Position numbers and translations under genes: made by a program
In this document: positions 30,052-40,644 of the stretch, one piece after another
Position numbering within the stretch: position 1 is the stretch's first letter
Layout of the letters: every line of letters begins with the position of its first letter
NCBI GenBank assembly: GCA_017397935.1
Contig: JAFQHN010000025.1
Location: 9,014 to 73,013 of the forward strand
DNA length: 64,000 bases
Origin: Bacillota bacterium
GTDB lineage: Bacteria; Bacillota; Dehalobacteriia; UBA4068; UBA4997
Direction of reading: 5' to 3'
Notes under the pieces: generated by a model
Told to the model about the DNA's origin: nothing
Database searches by the model: none
The model's input: the letters and a program-made list of their open reading frames with translations, nothing else

Positions 30052-32661
30052 ATGGACAAAATAAAAATGGATAAAATAAAATTTTTGATCGTGGACGGCA
30101 GTTCGCTGCTGCACCGGGCGTTTTTTGCCCTGCCGCTGCTTACCAACCCGCAGGGAGAATACACCAATGCTGTTTACGGCTTTGCCACCATGTTCAACCG
30201 CATTTTGGAGCAGGAAAAACCCCAGCGTGTGGCCGTTTGCTTTGATAAAAGCCGTGTTACCTTCCGCACCGCGCTTTTTGCCGATTACAAGGGACAGCGC
30301 GCCGCCACGCCCAGCGAATTATCGCCCCAGTTTGAAACCTGCAAGCGCCTGTTGGAGGCCATGGGCATTGTCTGGGAGGAGATAGAGGGCTTTGAGGCGG
30401 ATGATATTATCGGAACGCTGAGCAAAAAAGCAGCGGCCGACGGCGAGGATGTGCTGATTTTGACGGGTGACCGCGACAGTTATCAGCTTATCGAACCGAA
30501 TATCCGCGTGATTATGACCAAAAAAGGCATCAGCGTGACCGAGCTTTGGGACGAGGCCATGCTGCGTGAGCATTATAATCTGACGCCTGCCCAGATGATT
30601 GACTTGAAAGCGTTGATGGGTGACGCATCCGATAACATCCCCGGGGTGGCCGGTGTGGGTGAGAAAACGGCACTTAAACTGCTGGCCGAGTACCATGATT
30701 TGGACACCGTGCTGGCTAATATTGAAAATGTCAGCGGCAAGGCTCTGCGCACCAAGCTGCAAAACGGCCGTGAGAGTGCGCTGCTCTCCCGTCAGCTGGC
30801 GATTATTGACTGCCACATGGACATCTACGCCGATGTGGATTTGAACAAATACAACTATGCGGCGCTGCCTCTGGCCGCCAACCAACCGTTGGTGGATTTT
30901 TACCGTTGGCTGGGTTTTTCCAGCCTGCTGAAACCGCTGGAAAACGCCGAGGCTGTACCTGCTGCGGCCCCTGCGGCCGAGGATGCGGCTGCTTATCAAC
31001 AGGTGACGATGAGTGAGATTGCCGGCAAACTTTCTGCTGCCGATAAGCTGCTGCTGAATATCTACGGCGAGGCGGCGGCGCTGGCCGATGCGGCAAATCC
31101 TGCGGAGATCTGGCTGGTGGATAAGGCAGATTTACTGCAAAATGCGGCTGCTGTTGCGGATAAAAAGCTGCTGGCCTGTGATATTAAACCGCTGCAAACT
31201 GCGCTGCTTGTGGCGGGTATGCCCAAGCTGGCCGGTGATAAAGAGGATTTGGCGCTGGCCGCTTATCTGCTGGACCCTGCCGCCAATGATTATGCGGCGT
31301 TGACGCTGGCTGCCGTTTATCTGGATAAGCCCAAGCCGGTGGAGAAGGCCGCGGCGGCTGCGGATTTGGCGGCGTTGGGGTTAAGTTATTTGCCGCAGTT
31401 GCAGGAGAAGATTATGGCACGGCTGGCTGATGAGGATTTGACGGCGCTGTACCGTGATATGGAGCTGCCGCTGGCCGATGTTCTGGCCGGTATGGAGGCT
31501 GCCGGTATCCGTGCCGATTTGCCGACCTTGCAGGCTCTTAATTTGGAATTCAGCGCGATTGAGGCCAACTGTGCCGCCAGAATTTACGATTTGGCAGGGC
31601 ATAGCTTCAATATCAACTCTCCCAAGCAGCTGGGCGAGGTTTTATTCAATGAGATGGGCATTGAACCGCTGAAAAAGACCAAAACCGGCTTTTCTACAAG
31701 TGTAGAGGTGTTGGAGCAACTGGCCGAGGAGCATGAGATTGCCGGCGTGGTGCTGGATTATCGCTCGGCTGCCAAGCTGCGCGGTACTTATGCCGAGGGT
31801 TTGCAGGATTTGATTGCTGCCGATGGGCGTATACACACCACCTTTAATCAGACGGTGACGGCAACGGGGCGCTTATCCTCCACCGAGCCAAACCTGCAGA
31901 ATATTCCGGTGCGAACCGAGATGGGCAAAAAGCTGCGTAAAGCCTTCCACGCATCTCCCGGCCATGTGCTGCTGGCGGCGGATTATTCGCAAATCGAGCT
32001 GCGTGTGTTGGCGCATATTTCGGCGGACAAGGTGCTTTGCAGCAGTTTTTATAATAATGAAGATATTCATGCCCGTACGGCGGCCGAGGTGCTGGGTATC
32101 GGCATTGATGAGGTAACGCCTGAGCAGCGCCGCAGCGCCAAGGCGGTAAATTTCGGTATTGTTTACGGTATCAGCGATTTTGGTCTGGCCAAGGATTTGG
32201 GGATTACCCGCACGGAGGCCAAACAGTATATCGACGCTTATCTGGGCCGCTATGACGGGGTACGCCGCTATATGAGCGAGATTGTGGAGGCCGGCAAGGC
32301 CGATGGCTGGGTAAAAACTCTGTGCGGCCGCAAACGCTGGCTGCCTGATTTGCACAGCCGCAACTTTAATCTGCGCAGTTTTGCCGAGCGCAACGCCCTG
32401 AATACGCCTATCCAGGGTACAGCGGCCGATATTATCAAGCTGGCCATGCTGCGGGCGGATAAAATGCTGTCCGAGCAGGGCATGCAAAGCCGTATGCTGC
32501 TGCAAGTGCATGACGAACTTATCTTTGATGTGCCGTGTGCCGAGCAGGAGAAAATGGCGGCGCTGGTAAGGGAGGCCATGGAGGGTGCGTTTGCTTTGGC
32601 CGTGCCGCTGGTGGTTGATATTAAAGTGGGTGAAAATTGGTATGATATGCAGAAAATTTGA
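30052..32661 (+). CDS. polA: DNA polymerase I
   Basis: 869 aa; 5'-nuclease domain and polymerase motifs A, B and C; the central 3'-5' exo region is Ala-rich with no DxE motifs, so it looks vestigial; the N-terminus carries a duplicated MDKIK. Confidence 0.95.
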   Translation: MDKIKMDKIKFLIVDGSSLLHRAFFALPLLTNPQGEYTNAVYGFATMFNRILEQEKPQRVAVCFDKSRVTFRTALFADYKGQRAATPSELSPQFETCKRLLEAMGIVWEEIEGFEADDIIGTLSKKAAADGEDVLILTGDRDSYQLIEPNIRVIMTKKGISVTELWDEAMLREHYNLTPAQMIDLKALMGDASDNIPGVAGVGEKTALKLLAEYHDLDTVLANIENVSGKALRTKLQNGRESALLSRQLAIIDCHMDIYADVDLNKYNYAALPLAANQPLVDFYRWLGFSSLLKPLENAEAVPAAAPAAEDAAAYQQVTMSEIAGKLSAADKLLLNIYGEAAALADAANPAEIWLVDKADLLQNAAAVADKKLLACDIKPLQTALLVAGMPKLAGDKEDLALAAYLLDPAANDYAALTLAAVYLDKPKPVEKAAAAADLAALGLSYLPQLQEKIMARLADEDLTALYRDMELPLADVLAGMEAAGIRADLPTLQALNLEFSAIEANCAARIYDLAGHSFNINSPKQLGEVLFNEMGIEPLKKTKTGFSTSVEVLEQLAEEHEIAGVVLDYRSAAKLRGTYAEGLQDLIAADGRIHTTFNQTVTATGRLSSTEPNLQNIPVRTEMGKKLRKAFHASPGHVLLAADYSQIELRVLAHISADKVLCSSFYNNEDIHARTAAEVLGIGIDEVTPEQRRSAKAVNFGIVYGISDFGLAKDLGITRTEAKQYIDAYLGRYDGVRRYMSEIVEAGKADGWVKTLCGRKRWLPDLHSRNFNLRSFAERNALNTPIQGTAADIIKLAMLRADKMLSEQGMQSRMLLQVHDELIFDVPCAEQEKMAALVREAMEGAFALAVPLVVDIKVGENWYDMQKI

Positions 32662-32693
32662 TTTTCTGTCGTTGATATGAGGAGGGATTGACC

Positions 32694-33533
32694 ATGCCGG
32701 AGCTGCCGGAGGTTGAAACGGTACGGCGCAGCTTGTTGCAGTTGCTGCCGCAGAAGAAAATTACCGCGGTGGAGGTATTTAAGCCGCAGATTATTGCTGC
32801 CGGCGGTGCGGATTTGGCACAGCTGGTGGGGCGTGAGTTTGTTGATTTTGGGCGCCGCGGCAAGTACCTGCTGTTTGGTTTTGGCGGCGATGAGCGCCTG
32901 GTGGTGCATCTGCGTATGACGGGCAAGCTGCTGTATCACGCCGAGGCTCTGCCGCGGGAGAAGCATGACCATGTGCGTTTTGCTTTTGCTGACGGCTCGG
33001 AGCTGGTTTATAATGATATTCGGGCTTTTGGCCGTTTTTGGCTGACGGATGAGCAGGGTTTGACGGAGGTCAGCGGCTTGAATTCCTTGGGCATGGAGCC
33101 GTTGGATGAGGAGTTTTCGGCAGAATATTGGCGCAGCCGTGTGGCTAAGCGCCCCAGGGCCATGGTCAAAGCCGCCCTGTTGGATCAGCATATTGTGGCC
33201 GGCCTTGGCAATATTTACGCCGATGAGGTGCTGTTTGCGGCCGGTGTTCATCCTGAGAGGCCGATTGGCAGCCTGACCGCCGAGGAGGACAGCAAGCTGG
33301 CGGCGGCTATGCAGCAGATTTTAGCCAACGCAATCGCAAACCGCGGCACCACCTTCCGTGATTATGTTGACGGTAACAATGAAAAGGGCGGTTACCAGAA
33401 TTTCTTGCAGGTTTTCCAGAAGAAAGGTCAGCCCTGTCCCAACTGCGGCTGCACCATTGAGCGCATTAAGGTGGCCGGGCGCAGCAGTTTCTTCTGCCCG
33501 GTCTGCCAGCATCCGCCCAAATCTCACGAATAA
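32694..33533 (+). CDS. mutM: Formamidopyrimidine-DNA glycosylase
   Basis: Start refined to MPELPEVETV (catalytic Pro2; RBS GGAGGG); C-terminal zinc finger CPNCGC...C. Confidence 0.9.
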   Translation: MPELPEVETVRRSLLQLLPQKKITAVEVFKPQIIAAGGADLAQLVGREFVDFGRRGKYLLFGFGGDERLVVHLRMTGKLLYHAEALPREKHDHVRFAFADGSELVYNDIRAFGRFWLTDEQGLTEVSGLNSLGMEPLDEEFSAEYWRSRVAKRPRAMVKAALLDQHIVAGLGNIYADEVLFAAGVHPERPIGSLTAEEDSKLAAAMQQILANAIANRGTTFRDYVDGNNEKGGYQNFLQVFQKKGQPCPNCGCTIERIKVAGRSSFFCPVCQHPPKSHE

Positions 33534-33634
33534 AAAACAGCTGATAAAATAAAAAGGTATGGCTGCGGTCTGTCCTGCCACATATACCGAATAGAGCGCA
33601 TTTTTGGCGCAAATTTGGTATGTGGGGTGAGGAT

Positions 33635-34150
33635 ATGTTGGAGCTGTGCCTTTTTTTGTTGGTGTTAAATTTTGATTGTTTTTTGTGCGGATTGGCGCTG
33701 GGTGTGGCAGGCATTAGGGTCAGCCGACCGGCGGCGTGTCTGGTGGCGGGGTGTTCGGCGCTGTTTTTCGGCGTCTCTTTGCTGATGGGAGAAGCTTTGC
33801 TGGTGCTGCTGCCGCTTGATTTTCTGCATGAGATTGGTCTGGGGCTGCTGTTGCTGCTGATTGTGGTTTGGCTGCTGAAATTCTGCGGCGGAAAATCTGC
33901 CGACAGTGTGGGCAAATTTTGGCGGCGGCCGGAGAATTTGGACAGTAACACCGATAAAAAACTGTCCGGCGGTGAGGCGGTGCTGCTGGCATTAGCCTTG
34001 GGCGTGGATTCGCTGGGCGGCGGTTTGGCTTTTGGTCTGCTGGGAGAAAAACCGCTGTTCTGGACGCTGCTGGCGGCGGTGATAACCTTTGTTTTGTTAT
34101 TCTCGGCCAACAAGCTGGGGCTGCTGCTGCAAAACCTGCGGCAGCAATAA
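33635..34150 (+). CDS. ytaF: Sporulation membrane protein YtaF (MntP-like)
   Basis: Start refined to MLELCLFLL; conserved polA-mutM-ytaF-coaE synteny as in Bacillus. Confidence 0.7.
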   Translation: MLELCLFLLVLNFDCFLCGLALGVAGIRVSRPAACLVAGCSALFFGVSLLMGEALLVLLPLDFLHEIGLGLLLLLIVVWLLKFCGGKSADSVGKFWRRPENLDSNTDKKLSGGEAVLLALALGVDSLGGGLAFGLLGEKPLFWTLLAAVITFVLLFSANKLGLLLQNLRQQ

Positions 34151-34292
34151 TTTTGCGGTGCATATCTTGTATACTTGTTAATCAGGATTGTTTTTCGGTA
34201 AAAAGTATAGTATAATTATCTGGTTAATATTGTTTAATGGCTGATTTTGCATACATTTGTATACTTTTGCGTATATAGGAGGCGGATTTTGG

Positions 34293-34895
34293 ATGACGGT
34301 GATTGGTGTTACCGGTAATATTGGCAGCGGCAAAACCACATTTAGCCGCCTGTTGGAGCAGGAAAAAGGCTGTTTGCGGCTGGATGCCGATTGTCTGGGG
34401 CGATTGGTGGCCCTGCCTGACGGTGAGGCTTACGATGAGCTTTGGCAGACCTTTGGCGAGGAGTATTTTCTGGCCGACGGCAGCCTGGACCGGCCCAAAA
34501 TGGCGGAGTTGGTGTTTAATAACCCAACTGAGCTGGCCAAATTAAACGGTATTATGCACCCTGCGGTGTTGCGGCAGATTAAAAAGGAGATTGCAGCGGC
34601 CAAGGCCGAAAATCCGCAGCAAATTGTGGTGGTGGAGGCGGCTTTGCTGATTGAGGCCGATTATCTGGGTATTTTGGATGAGCTGTGGCTGGTTTGGGCG
34701 GATGATGATGTGCGTCTGACGCGGGTGATGAGCCGTGACGGTGCAACTGCCGAGCAGGCACAGGCCCGAATGAGAAACCAGATGCCACAGGCCGAAAAAA
34801 CCAAATATGCCAGCCGGGTTGTGCATAATAATAGTGACATAAATGATTTACGCAGCGAGCTGGACGCGGTATGGCAGCAATTTGTCGGCTGTTGA
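34293..34895 (+). CDS. coaE: Dephospho-CoA kinase
   Basis: Start refined to MTVIGVTGNIGSGKTT (P-loop); RBS AGGAGG. Confidence 0.85.
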   Translation: MTVIGVTGNIGSGKTTFSRLLEQEKGCLRLDADCLGRLVALPDGEAYDELWQTFGEEYFLADGSLDRPKMAELVFNNPTELAKLNGIMHPAVLRQIKKEIAAAKAENPQQIVVVEAALLIEADYLGILDELWLVWADDDVRLTRVMSRDGATAEQAQARMRNQMPQAEKTKYASRVVHNNSDINDLRSELDAVWQQFVGC

Positions 34896-34924
34896 AGGTG
34901 ATGGCTGTTAAGGAGTTTACCTGA

Positions 34925-35566
34925 TTGCTGAACAGACGCAAGCAAAGAATAAAAGTAAAAACGAAACCCAAAAAACACCGCCAAAAGCTGCGCCGTGGGC
35001 GATTGTCGGTGGTTATACTGTTGTTGGTGGCGGTGCTGGCAGGTGTATTTTGCTGGCAAAGGCTGCCGTATTATATTTATCCCACCAAGTATTTTCCGCT
35101 GATTTCTGCCGAGGCTGAGCAGGCGGCGATTGACCCGTATCTGGTCTGCGCAGTAGCCAAGGTGGAGAGCAATATGCAGACCGATGCGCTTTCATCGGCA
35201 GGGGCGGTGGGGCTGATGCAGATTATGCCCGAAACCGGTGCCTGGCTGGCTGAGCGCGGCGGTTATGATTTTGTGGAGGAGCAGCTTTATCAACCGCAGT
35301 ACAATTTGCGGCTGGGCTGTGATTATCTGCGTTATCTGCTGGAATATTGGCAATGGGACATTTACAAGGCAGTTGCTTCTTACAATGCCGGGCAGAGCAA
35401 GGTGGCAGCCTGGCTGGCCGATGGCGTTTGGGACGGTACGGCTGCAAATCTGGCTGATATTCCCTTTGCCGAAACCCGTGATTATGTGCAGCGAGTTATA
35501 AAGGCTTACCGGGAATATACTGAGCTGTACGGTAATAATTCGTTGGGCGATTTGATTATACAATAA
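34925..35566 (+). CDS. Lytic transglycosylase (SLT domain) with N-terminal basic tail and TM
   Basis: 213 aa; SLT motif ...ESNMQTDALSSAGAVGLMQI. Confidence 0.75.
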   Translation: MLNRRKQRIKVKTKPKKHRQKLRRGRLSVVILLLVAVLAGVFCWQRLPYYIYPTKYFPLISAEAEQAAIDPYLVCAVAKVESNMQTDALSSAGAVGLMQIMPETGAWLAERGGYDFVEEQLYQPQYNLRLGCDYLRYLLEYWQWDIYKAVASYNAGQSKVAAWLADGVWDGTAANLADIPFAETRDYVQRVIKAYREYTELYGNNSLGDLIIQ

Positions 35567-35649
35567 ATAAATAGAAATAAAAATTTTATATAAAAATTTG
35601 TATATACATTCGGAAAATCTAAGAAAACTGGGAAATCGAGGGACCTGAG

Positions 35650-36723
35650 ATGACTGAAACTAAAAATGAAATTAAGACTGAAACGAGAATTAAGCTGTTT
35701 GATTCGGTGCAGGAAGTTGATAATTTGCAGGTAGAGCAGGCACGGCGTATCAACTCGGCCACCCACGAGGAAATTATTGCCGGCCAAACCAGTGATATTT
35801 ACTTTATTAAAACGCAGGATATTCTGCGCCACCTGGGCAAGGATGACACGGTGGTTACGGCGGAGATTTTTGCCCGCAAACCCGGCCTTTTCGTTGGTAT
35901 CAATGAGGTGCTTGGCCTGTTGCAGGACGCCCCGGTGGAGGTTTGGGCCCTGCCTGAGGGCAGCGAGATGCAGCCCAAAGAGGTGCTTTGCCGTATTACC
36001 GGCCGTTATTCCGATTTTGGTGTATATGAAACTGCCATACTGGGTATGCTGGCCAGCGCCAGCGGTTGGGCAACGGCGGCCAGGGAAATCAAGCAGGCCT
36101 GCCCGGACAAGCCTGTTTCCTGCTTTGGTGCGCGGCATATTCACCCGGCAGTGGCCCCTGTTATGGAGCGTGCGGCACTTATTGGCGGCTGTGATGCGTG
36201 CAGCTGCGTTTTGGGTGCCAAGCTGTTGGGCAAATATCCGTCCGGCACCACTCCCCATGCGCTGTTCTTAACGGTGGGTGATACTGTGGAGGCTGCGCTG
36301 GCTTATGATGAAATTATGGCGCCCGATGCGGCCCGTGTAATTTTGGTTGATACCTTCCGTGATGAGATTGAGGAAACCATGCGTGTGGCTGAGGCTCTGG
36401 GTGACCGTTTGCAGGGTGTGCGGCTGGATACCCCCTCGGAGCGTGGCGGCGTAACCGTGGGTTTGGTGCATGAGCTGCGCCAGCGTTTGAACTTGGCCGG
36501 CTTGGATAAGGTGCAGATTTTTGTTTCGGGCGGCTTGACCCCCCAGCGTATGCAGGAGCTTTCAGCCGCCGGTGCCGATGCCTTTGGTGTGGGCAGCTTT
36601 ATCTCCGGCGCCCCGGCCATTGATATGACCATGGATTTGAAGGAGGTAAACGGTCAGCCTGTTGCTAAGCGCGGCCGTATCCCCGGCATTACTCCCAATC
36701 CTCGTTTGCAAAAGATGAAATAG
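35650..36723 (+). CDS. Nicotinate phosphoribosyltransferase-like protein (short PncB/NadC-family form)
   Basis: 357 aa; type II PRTase barrel pattern; family assignment from memory only, moderate. Confidence 0.6.
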   Translation: MTETKNEIKTETRIKLFDSVQEVDNLQVEQARRINSATHEEIIAGQTSDIYFIKTQDILRHLGKDDTVVTAEIFARKPGLFVGINEVLGLLQDAPVEVWALPEGSEMQPKEVLCRITGRYSDFGVYETAILGMLASASGWATAAREIKQACPDKPVSCFGARHIHPAVAPVMERAALIGGCDACSCVLGAKLLGKYPSGTTPHALFLTVGDTVEAALAYDEIMAPDAARVILVDTFRDEIEETMRVAEALGDRLQGVRLDTPSERGGVTVGLVHELRQRLNLAGLDKVQIFVSGGLTPQRMQELSAAGADAFGVGSFISGAPAIDMTMDLKEVNGQPVAKRGRIPGITPNPRLQKMK

Positions 36724-36808
36724 TCCGCTAAAATCAATAATTAAGCAAATTAAAAGAGATGAGTCACATTAGACGCTCATCTCTTTTGCTTTTATTATAG
36801 AAAATATA

Positions 36809-37393
36809 TCAAGAATAAGTGCGGATAATATCTTCGGCCACTTTGCGTTTGGAAACACAGCGGTCCATGGCCTGCTTTTCGATGTAGCGGTGCGCCTCGG
36901 GTTCGTTGAGTTTTAATTCGCTGATCAGCAGCCATTTGGCGCGGTTGACAATGCGTATCTCCTCCATTTTTTCTTCAATGGAGAGCGTTTTTTTCTCAAA
37001 ACGGCGCAGGTGCTCGCGGGCGCTGGCCAGCCAACTTAACGCCTGTATTATCGTTGGGCGGGAGGTCGGCTTGGGCAGGGTGAATACGCCGTGTTCGGCC
37101 ACTTTATCGTGTATTTCGGCGTGTATCTCGGATTTTACCAACAGCAGCACTACCGTGTTGGCAGATACGCAGCAATCAATGGCAAAACGGGTGCCGGGGT
37201 CATCGGGCAGAGGGGAGTTGATGATGATGTGGTCAAAATTCCTCTCGGCGGTGATGCGTTTGGCGGCGCTGATGCTGGATGCGATATGCACAGGCTGATA
37301 GGTCGCATCAGGCAGGAGGGAGGTCAGCGCGGAGTTGAAATTCTCTGATGAGGATACGACGAGAACGCTGTATACCCGTTCTTTCAGGCTCAT
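36809..37393 (-). CDS. ANTAR-domain RNA-binding antiterminator with atypical (pseudo-)receiver domain, NitR/AmiR-like
   Basis: 194 aa; C-terminal ANTAR helix pattern (...IVNRAKWLLISELKLNEPEAHRYIEKQAMDRCVSKRKVAEDII); the N-terminal receiver-like fold lacks the acidic pocket and phospho-Asp; last gene of the GOGAT-GS operon. Confidence 0.8.
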   Translation of the reverse strand: MSLKERVYSVLVVSSSENFNSALTSLLPDATYQPVHIASSISAAKRITAERNFDHIIINSPLPDDPGTRFAIDCCVSANTVVLLLVKSEIHAEIHDKVAEHGVFTLPKPTSRPTIIQALSWLASAREHLRRFEKKTLSIEEKMEEIRIVNRAKWLLISELKLNEPEAHRYIEKQAMDRCVSKRKVAEDIIRTYS

Positions 37394-37435
37394 TTGGCTT
37401 TCCCTCCTTTGGTTGATTTTGGTTTTGGCATAGGC

Positions 37436-38647
37436 TTATCTGGCACAGTAGGCATCCAAAATTGTGGCCGGGATGTACTCACGGATGAATTCACTTTCAG
37501 CCGCAAGTTGGCAGGCCGAGCGCAAATCTTGCGGCAGACGGCGATATTTGGCCAGCGTCTGGGTATCGGCCTTATACAGGTTGATATTGGCGGCCGGCGG
37601 CAGATCCAGTTTATTTTCAATGCCGTAAAGGCCGGCGTATATCAGCAGGGCAAAGGCCAGATAAGGATTGGCCGTGGGGTCGGGGGAGCGCAGCTCGGCG
37701 CGGCGGTATTCGCCCATGGCTGCCGGGATACGGATAAGCTGAGAACGGTTTTCCTCTGACCACGAGATGTAACCCGGTGCCTTATTGCTGCCAAACCGCT
37801 TATAAGAGGCCTCGGTCGGGTTCAAAAAGGCCGTCATATCGGCAGTTTTTTCCATGATACCGGCTATCATATAGTACATATTCTCTGCGCCGTCAGCAGC
37901 TTTGACGGACATATTGATGTGAAAACCGTTGCCGGGTTGGTCTGGCAGCGGCTTGGGGCCAAAATCAGCGTAAAGGCCGTTGCGATGAGCGACAGTTTTG
38001 ACGATGGTCTGGAAGGTGAGGGCGTTATCCGCAGCGATAATAGCATCGGAATAGCGGAAGTCGATCTCATTTTGGCCTGGGCCCTCCTCATGGTGAGAAC
38101 TTTCGGGGCGGATACCCATTTGCTCCAAAGTCAGGCAAATCTCGCGGCGGATATTTTCACCTTTATCCTCGGGGGCAATATCCATATAACCGGCCTTGTC
38201 ATAGGGCTCTTTGGTCGGTTCGCCTTCTTCATTTAGCTTAAAGAGATAGAATTCCTGTTCGGCGCCGAAGGCAAAGTTATAGCCGGCGGCTGCGGCGTGC
38301 TGCATAGCCTGTTTCAGCAGAGTACGGGTATCGCTGACACAGGGGCGGCCATCCGGATGGGTAATGCTGGTGAACATACGCACGACTTTGCCGTGTTCCG
38401 GCCGCCAGGGCAGGATCATCAGCGTCTCCGGGTCCGGGTGGAGCAGCAGGTCAGAATGCATTTCATCGCCAAAACCGGCAATCGCCGAGGCGTCGATGGC
38501 TATGCCGTATTCAAAAGCGCGAGGCAGCTCCTCCGGCATTATGGAAATATTTTTTTGTCTGCCAAAGACGTCGCAAAAGGCCAGACGGATAAATTTGACG
38601 TCATCCTCCAGGACGTATTGGATAACCTCTTGTTTTGAATACTTCAT
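37436..38647 (-). CDS. glnA: Glutamine synthetase (type I family, short 403-aa form)
   Basis: GS beta-grasp N-domain and catalytic domain motifs. Confidence 0.85.
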   Translation of the reverse strand: MKYSKQEVIQYVLEDDVKFIRLAFCDVFGRQKNISIMPEELPRAFEYGIAIDASAIAGFGDEMHSDLLLHPDPETLMILPWRPEHGKVVRMFTSITHPDGRPCVSDTRTLLKQAMQHAAAAGYNFAFGAEQEFYLFKLNEEGEPTKEPYDKAGYMDIAPEDKGENIRREICLTLEQMGIRPESSHHEEGPGQNEIDFRYSDAIIAADNALTFQTIVKTVAHRNGLYADFGPKPLPDQPGNGFHINMSVKAADGAENMYYMIAGIMEKTADMTAFLNPTEASYKRFGSNKAPGYISWSEENRSQLIRIPAAMGEYRRAELRSPDPTANPYLAFALLIYAGLYGIENKLDLPPAANINLYKADTQTLAKYRRLPQDLRSACQLAAESEFIREYIPATILDAYCAR

Positions 38648-38665
38648 ATCAGCACCTGCTTTCTG

Positions 38666-39385
38666 TTAATTTGTTACATACATTTGTTTATAGGGGTTGT
38701 GGCTGTCTGGCGTGACAACGGTGAATGGGGCGGAGAGAATCTCAGCCGCATCACAGCCGAAGATAGCGCAATATTCGTTAACGTATTGGGTAAGTTCTGC
38801 CATATCCCCGGCGTTGGCGGGGCGTGCCGTCACCTGGCTGGGGAATTTGACGTCATTACACTCACCGCGCAGGAACAACTTGCCGCCGTGCATACCGGTG
38901 CAGGGGAAGTTGCCGACAATGCGCTTACCGTTGGCATTTAAGCCCAACACCACGATAACACCGCCTGCCTGGTACTCACCGAGGAAACTGCCGGTGACGC
39001 CGCCGATAACCATGACGGGCACTTTATCTTTGTACGCCTTCATGTGGATACCGGCGCGGTAGCCGGCGTTGCCTTTGACAAAAATTTTGCCGCCGCGCAT
39101 AGCATAGCCTGCGGCGTCGCCGATATTGCCGTGGATGATAATGCTGCCGTCGTTCATCGTGTCGCCCACAGCATCCTGGGCATTGGCGTTGACGGTGATG
39201 GCTGCGCCGTTCAGATAAGCACCAAGTGCGTTGCCGGGCACGCCGTTGATAATGATACTGCGCCCGGACATACCGGCGGCGATAAAGCGTTGGCCGCAGC
39301 AGCCTTCCAAGATACATTCTTCGGTACTTTCGCGCAGTTTTTGGTTTAATGCCCCGTGATTGAGGCCTTTTACGTTGATCAACAT
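38666..39385 (-). CDS. Glutamate synthase domain-3-like (GXGXG) subunit
   Basis: 239 aa with repeated G-x-G-x-G beta-helix motifs (GNIGDAAGYAMRGGKIFVKGNAGYRAG). Confidence 0.8.
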   Translation of the reverse strand: MLINVKGLNHGALNQKLRESTEECILEGCCGQRFIAAGMSGRSIIINGVPGNALGAYLNGAAITVNANAQDAVGDTMNDGSIIIHGNIGDAAGYAMRGGKIFVKGNAGYRAGIHMKAYKDKVPVMVIGGVTGSFLGEYQAGGVIVVLGLNANGKRIVGNFPCTGMHGGKLFLRGECNDVKFPSQVTARPANAGDMAELTQYVNEYCAIFGCDAAEILSAPFTVVTPDSHNPYKQMYVTN

Positions 39386-39390
39386 AATTA

Positions 39391-40638
39391 TTATATCTCA
39401 CCTCCGAAGATTTTTCTACGGTCAGCAGGCGTAAAAGCCGCCGGTGTAGGAATTTTTTTCAGCAGATCGAAGTCCAATGTGTCAAGCGGGGTCTGGTTGC
39501 GTATCAGCGCGGTGTAGATACCGGCGCGGTCTACTGCACCGACCAAAATATAGCCGACCAGACGGTTATCGCGGATGAATAATCTTTTCAAGGTATCGGC
39601 GGTGCGTTCTTCGTACATCTCGCCGTCATAGCTGCCGGCCGTCATGGCGTGCAGGCCAAAAAAGCCGATTGAGTTCATCGGGATAGCGTTATCGAATACA
39701 GCGCTGCCACCCGCCATACGGCTGCCGGCGCAATAACCCTGCATATAGGCGTTGGGCATAATGGCCAGCACACGTTTGGTTCCGCAGGAAACATCCTCGA
39801 CCTGGGTACAATCACCGGCGGCGTAGATATGCGGCAGAACGGTAGCCATGTGCTCATCAACGAGAATACCGCGCTCAACGGCCCCTGCGGCGTTTTGCAG
39901 CAGAGACGTGTTGGGGCGCACACCTACGGCCAGTACCAGCACGTCAAAATCCACGGTGCAGCCGCTTTGCATATTGGCGGTGTGGCCGGCAAAGCTTTGG
40001 ACGGTATCACCCAGCATAAAATGGATACCGTTAGCCTCCAAGCGCTGCTGCATCAGGGCGGCACATTCGGCGTCAAGAATGCTGGAAAGCACACGGTCAG
40101 AGAGGTCGCAGACCGTAATGCTGCCAACCCGGCCTTGCAGGCCCTCGGCGCACTTTAAGCCGATGAGACCGGCACCGATAATCAGCACACGGCTGTCCGG
40201 GCGGATGGTTTGTTCCAGCGCGAGGGTGTCATCCAGCGTCATAAAGGTGAATTTGTCTGGCACGGTATCCAGGCCGTTGATTGGCGGTACAAAGGGCGCA
40301 GAACCGGCAGCGATACAAAGTTCATCATAAGGAAGTGTTGTGCCGTCATCCAGCGTGACAGTCTGTGCAGCAGTATCAAGTTTGGTGGCGATGCGGCCGT
40401 ACAGCACCTGGCAGCCCATTTTATCATAGAAATCGGCGCTGCGGTACTGCATACGTTGCAGGTCGGTCTTTCCTTCCAGATAATAAGAGATGAGTGGGCG
40501 GCAGTATACCGGGTGCACCTCCTGAGAGATAACTGTGATTTGCCCGGTGGTATCAGCGCTGCGTATGCCCTCAATGCTGCCTGCGGCAGCCACGCCGTTG
40601 CCGATGATGACATATTGTTTGAGATTTTGTTCGGTCAT
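39391..40638 (-). CDS. FAD/NAD(P)-dependent pyridine nucleotide-disulfide family oxidoreductase (electron-input module of split GOGAT)
   Basis: 415 aa; two Rossmann dinucleotide-binding motifs, GNGVAAAG and GAGLIGLKCAE. Confidence 0.75.
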   Translation of the reverse strand: MTEQNLKQYVIIGNGVAAAGSIEGIRSADTTGQITVISQEVHPVYCRPLISYYLEGKTDLQRMQYRSADFYDKMGCQVLYGRIATKLDTAAQTVTLDDGTTLPYDELCIAAGSAPFVPPINGLDTVPDKFTFMTLDDTLALEQTIRPDSRVLIIGAGLIGLKCAEGLQGRVGSITVCDLSDRVLSSILDAECAALMQQRLEANGIHFMLGDTVQSFAGHTANMQSGCTVDFDVLVLAVGVRPNTSLLQNAAGAVERGILVDEHMATVLPHIYAAGDCTQVEDVSCGTKRVLAIMPNAYMQGYCAGSRMAGGSAVFDNAIPMNSIGFFGLHAMTAGSYDGEMYEERTADTLKRLFIRDNRLVGYILVGAVDRAGIYTALIRNQTPLDTLDFDLLKKIPTPAAFTPADRRKIFGGEI

Positions 40639-40644
40639 CTTGGA

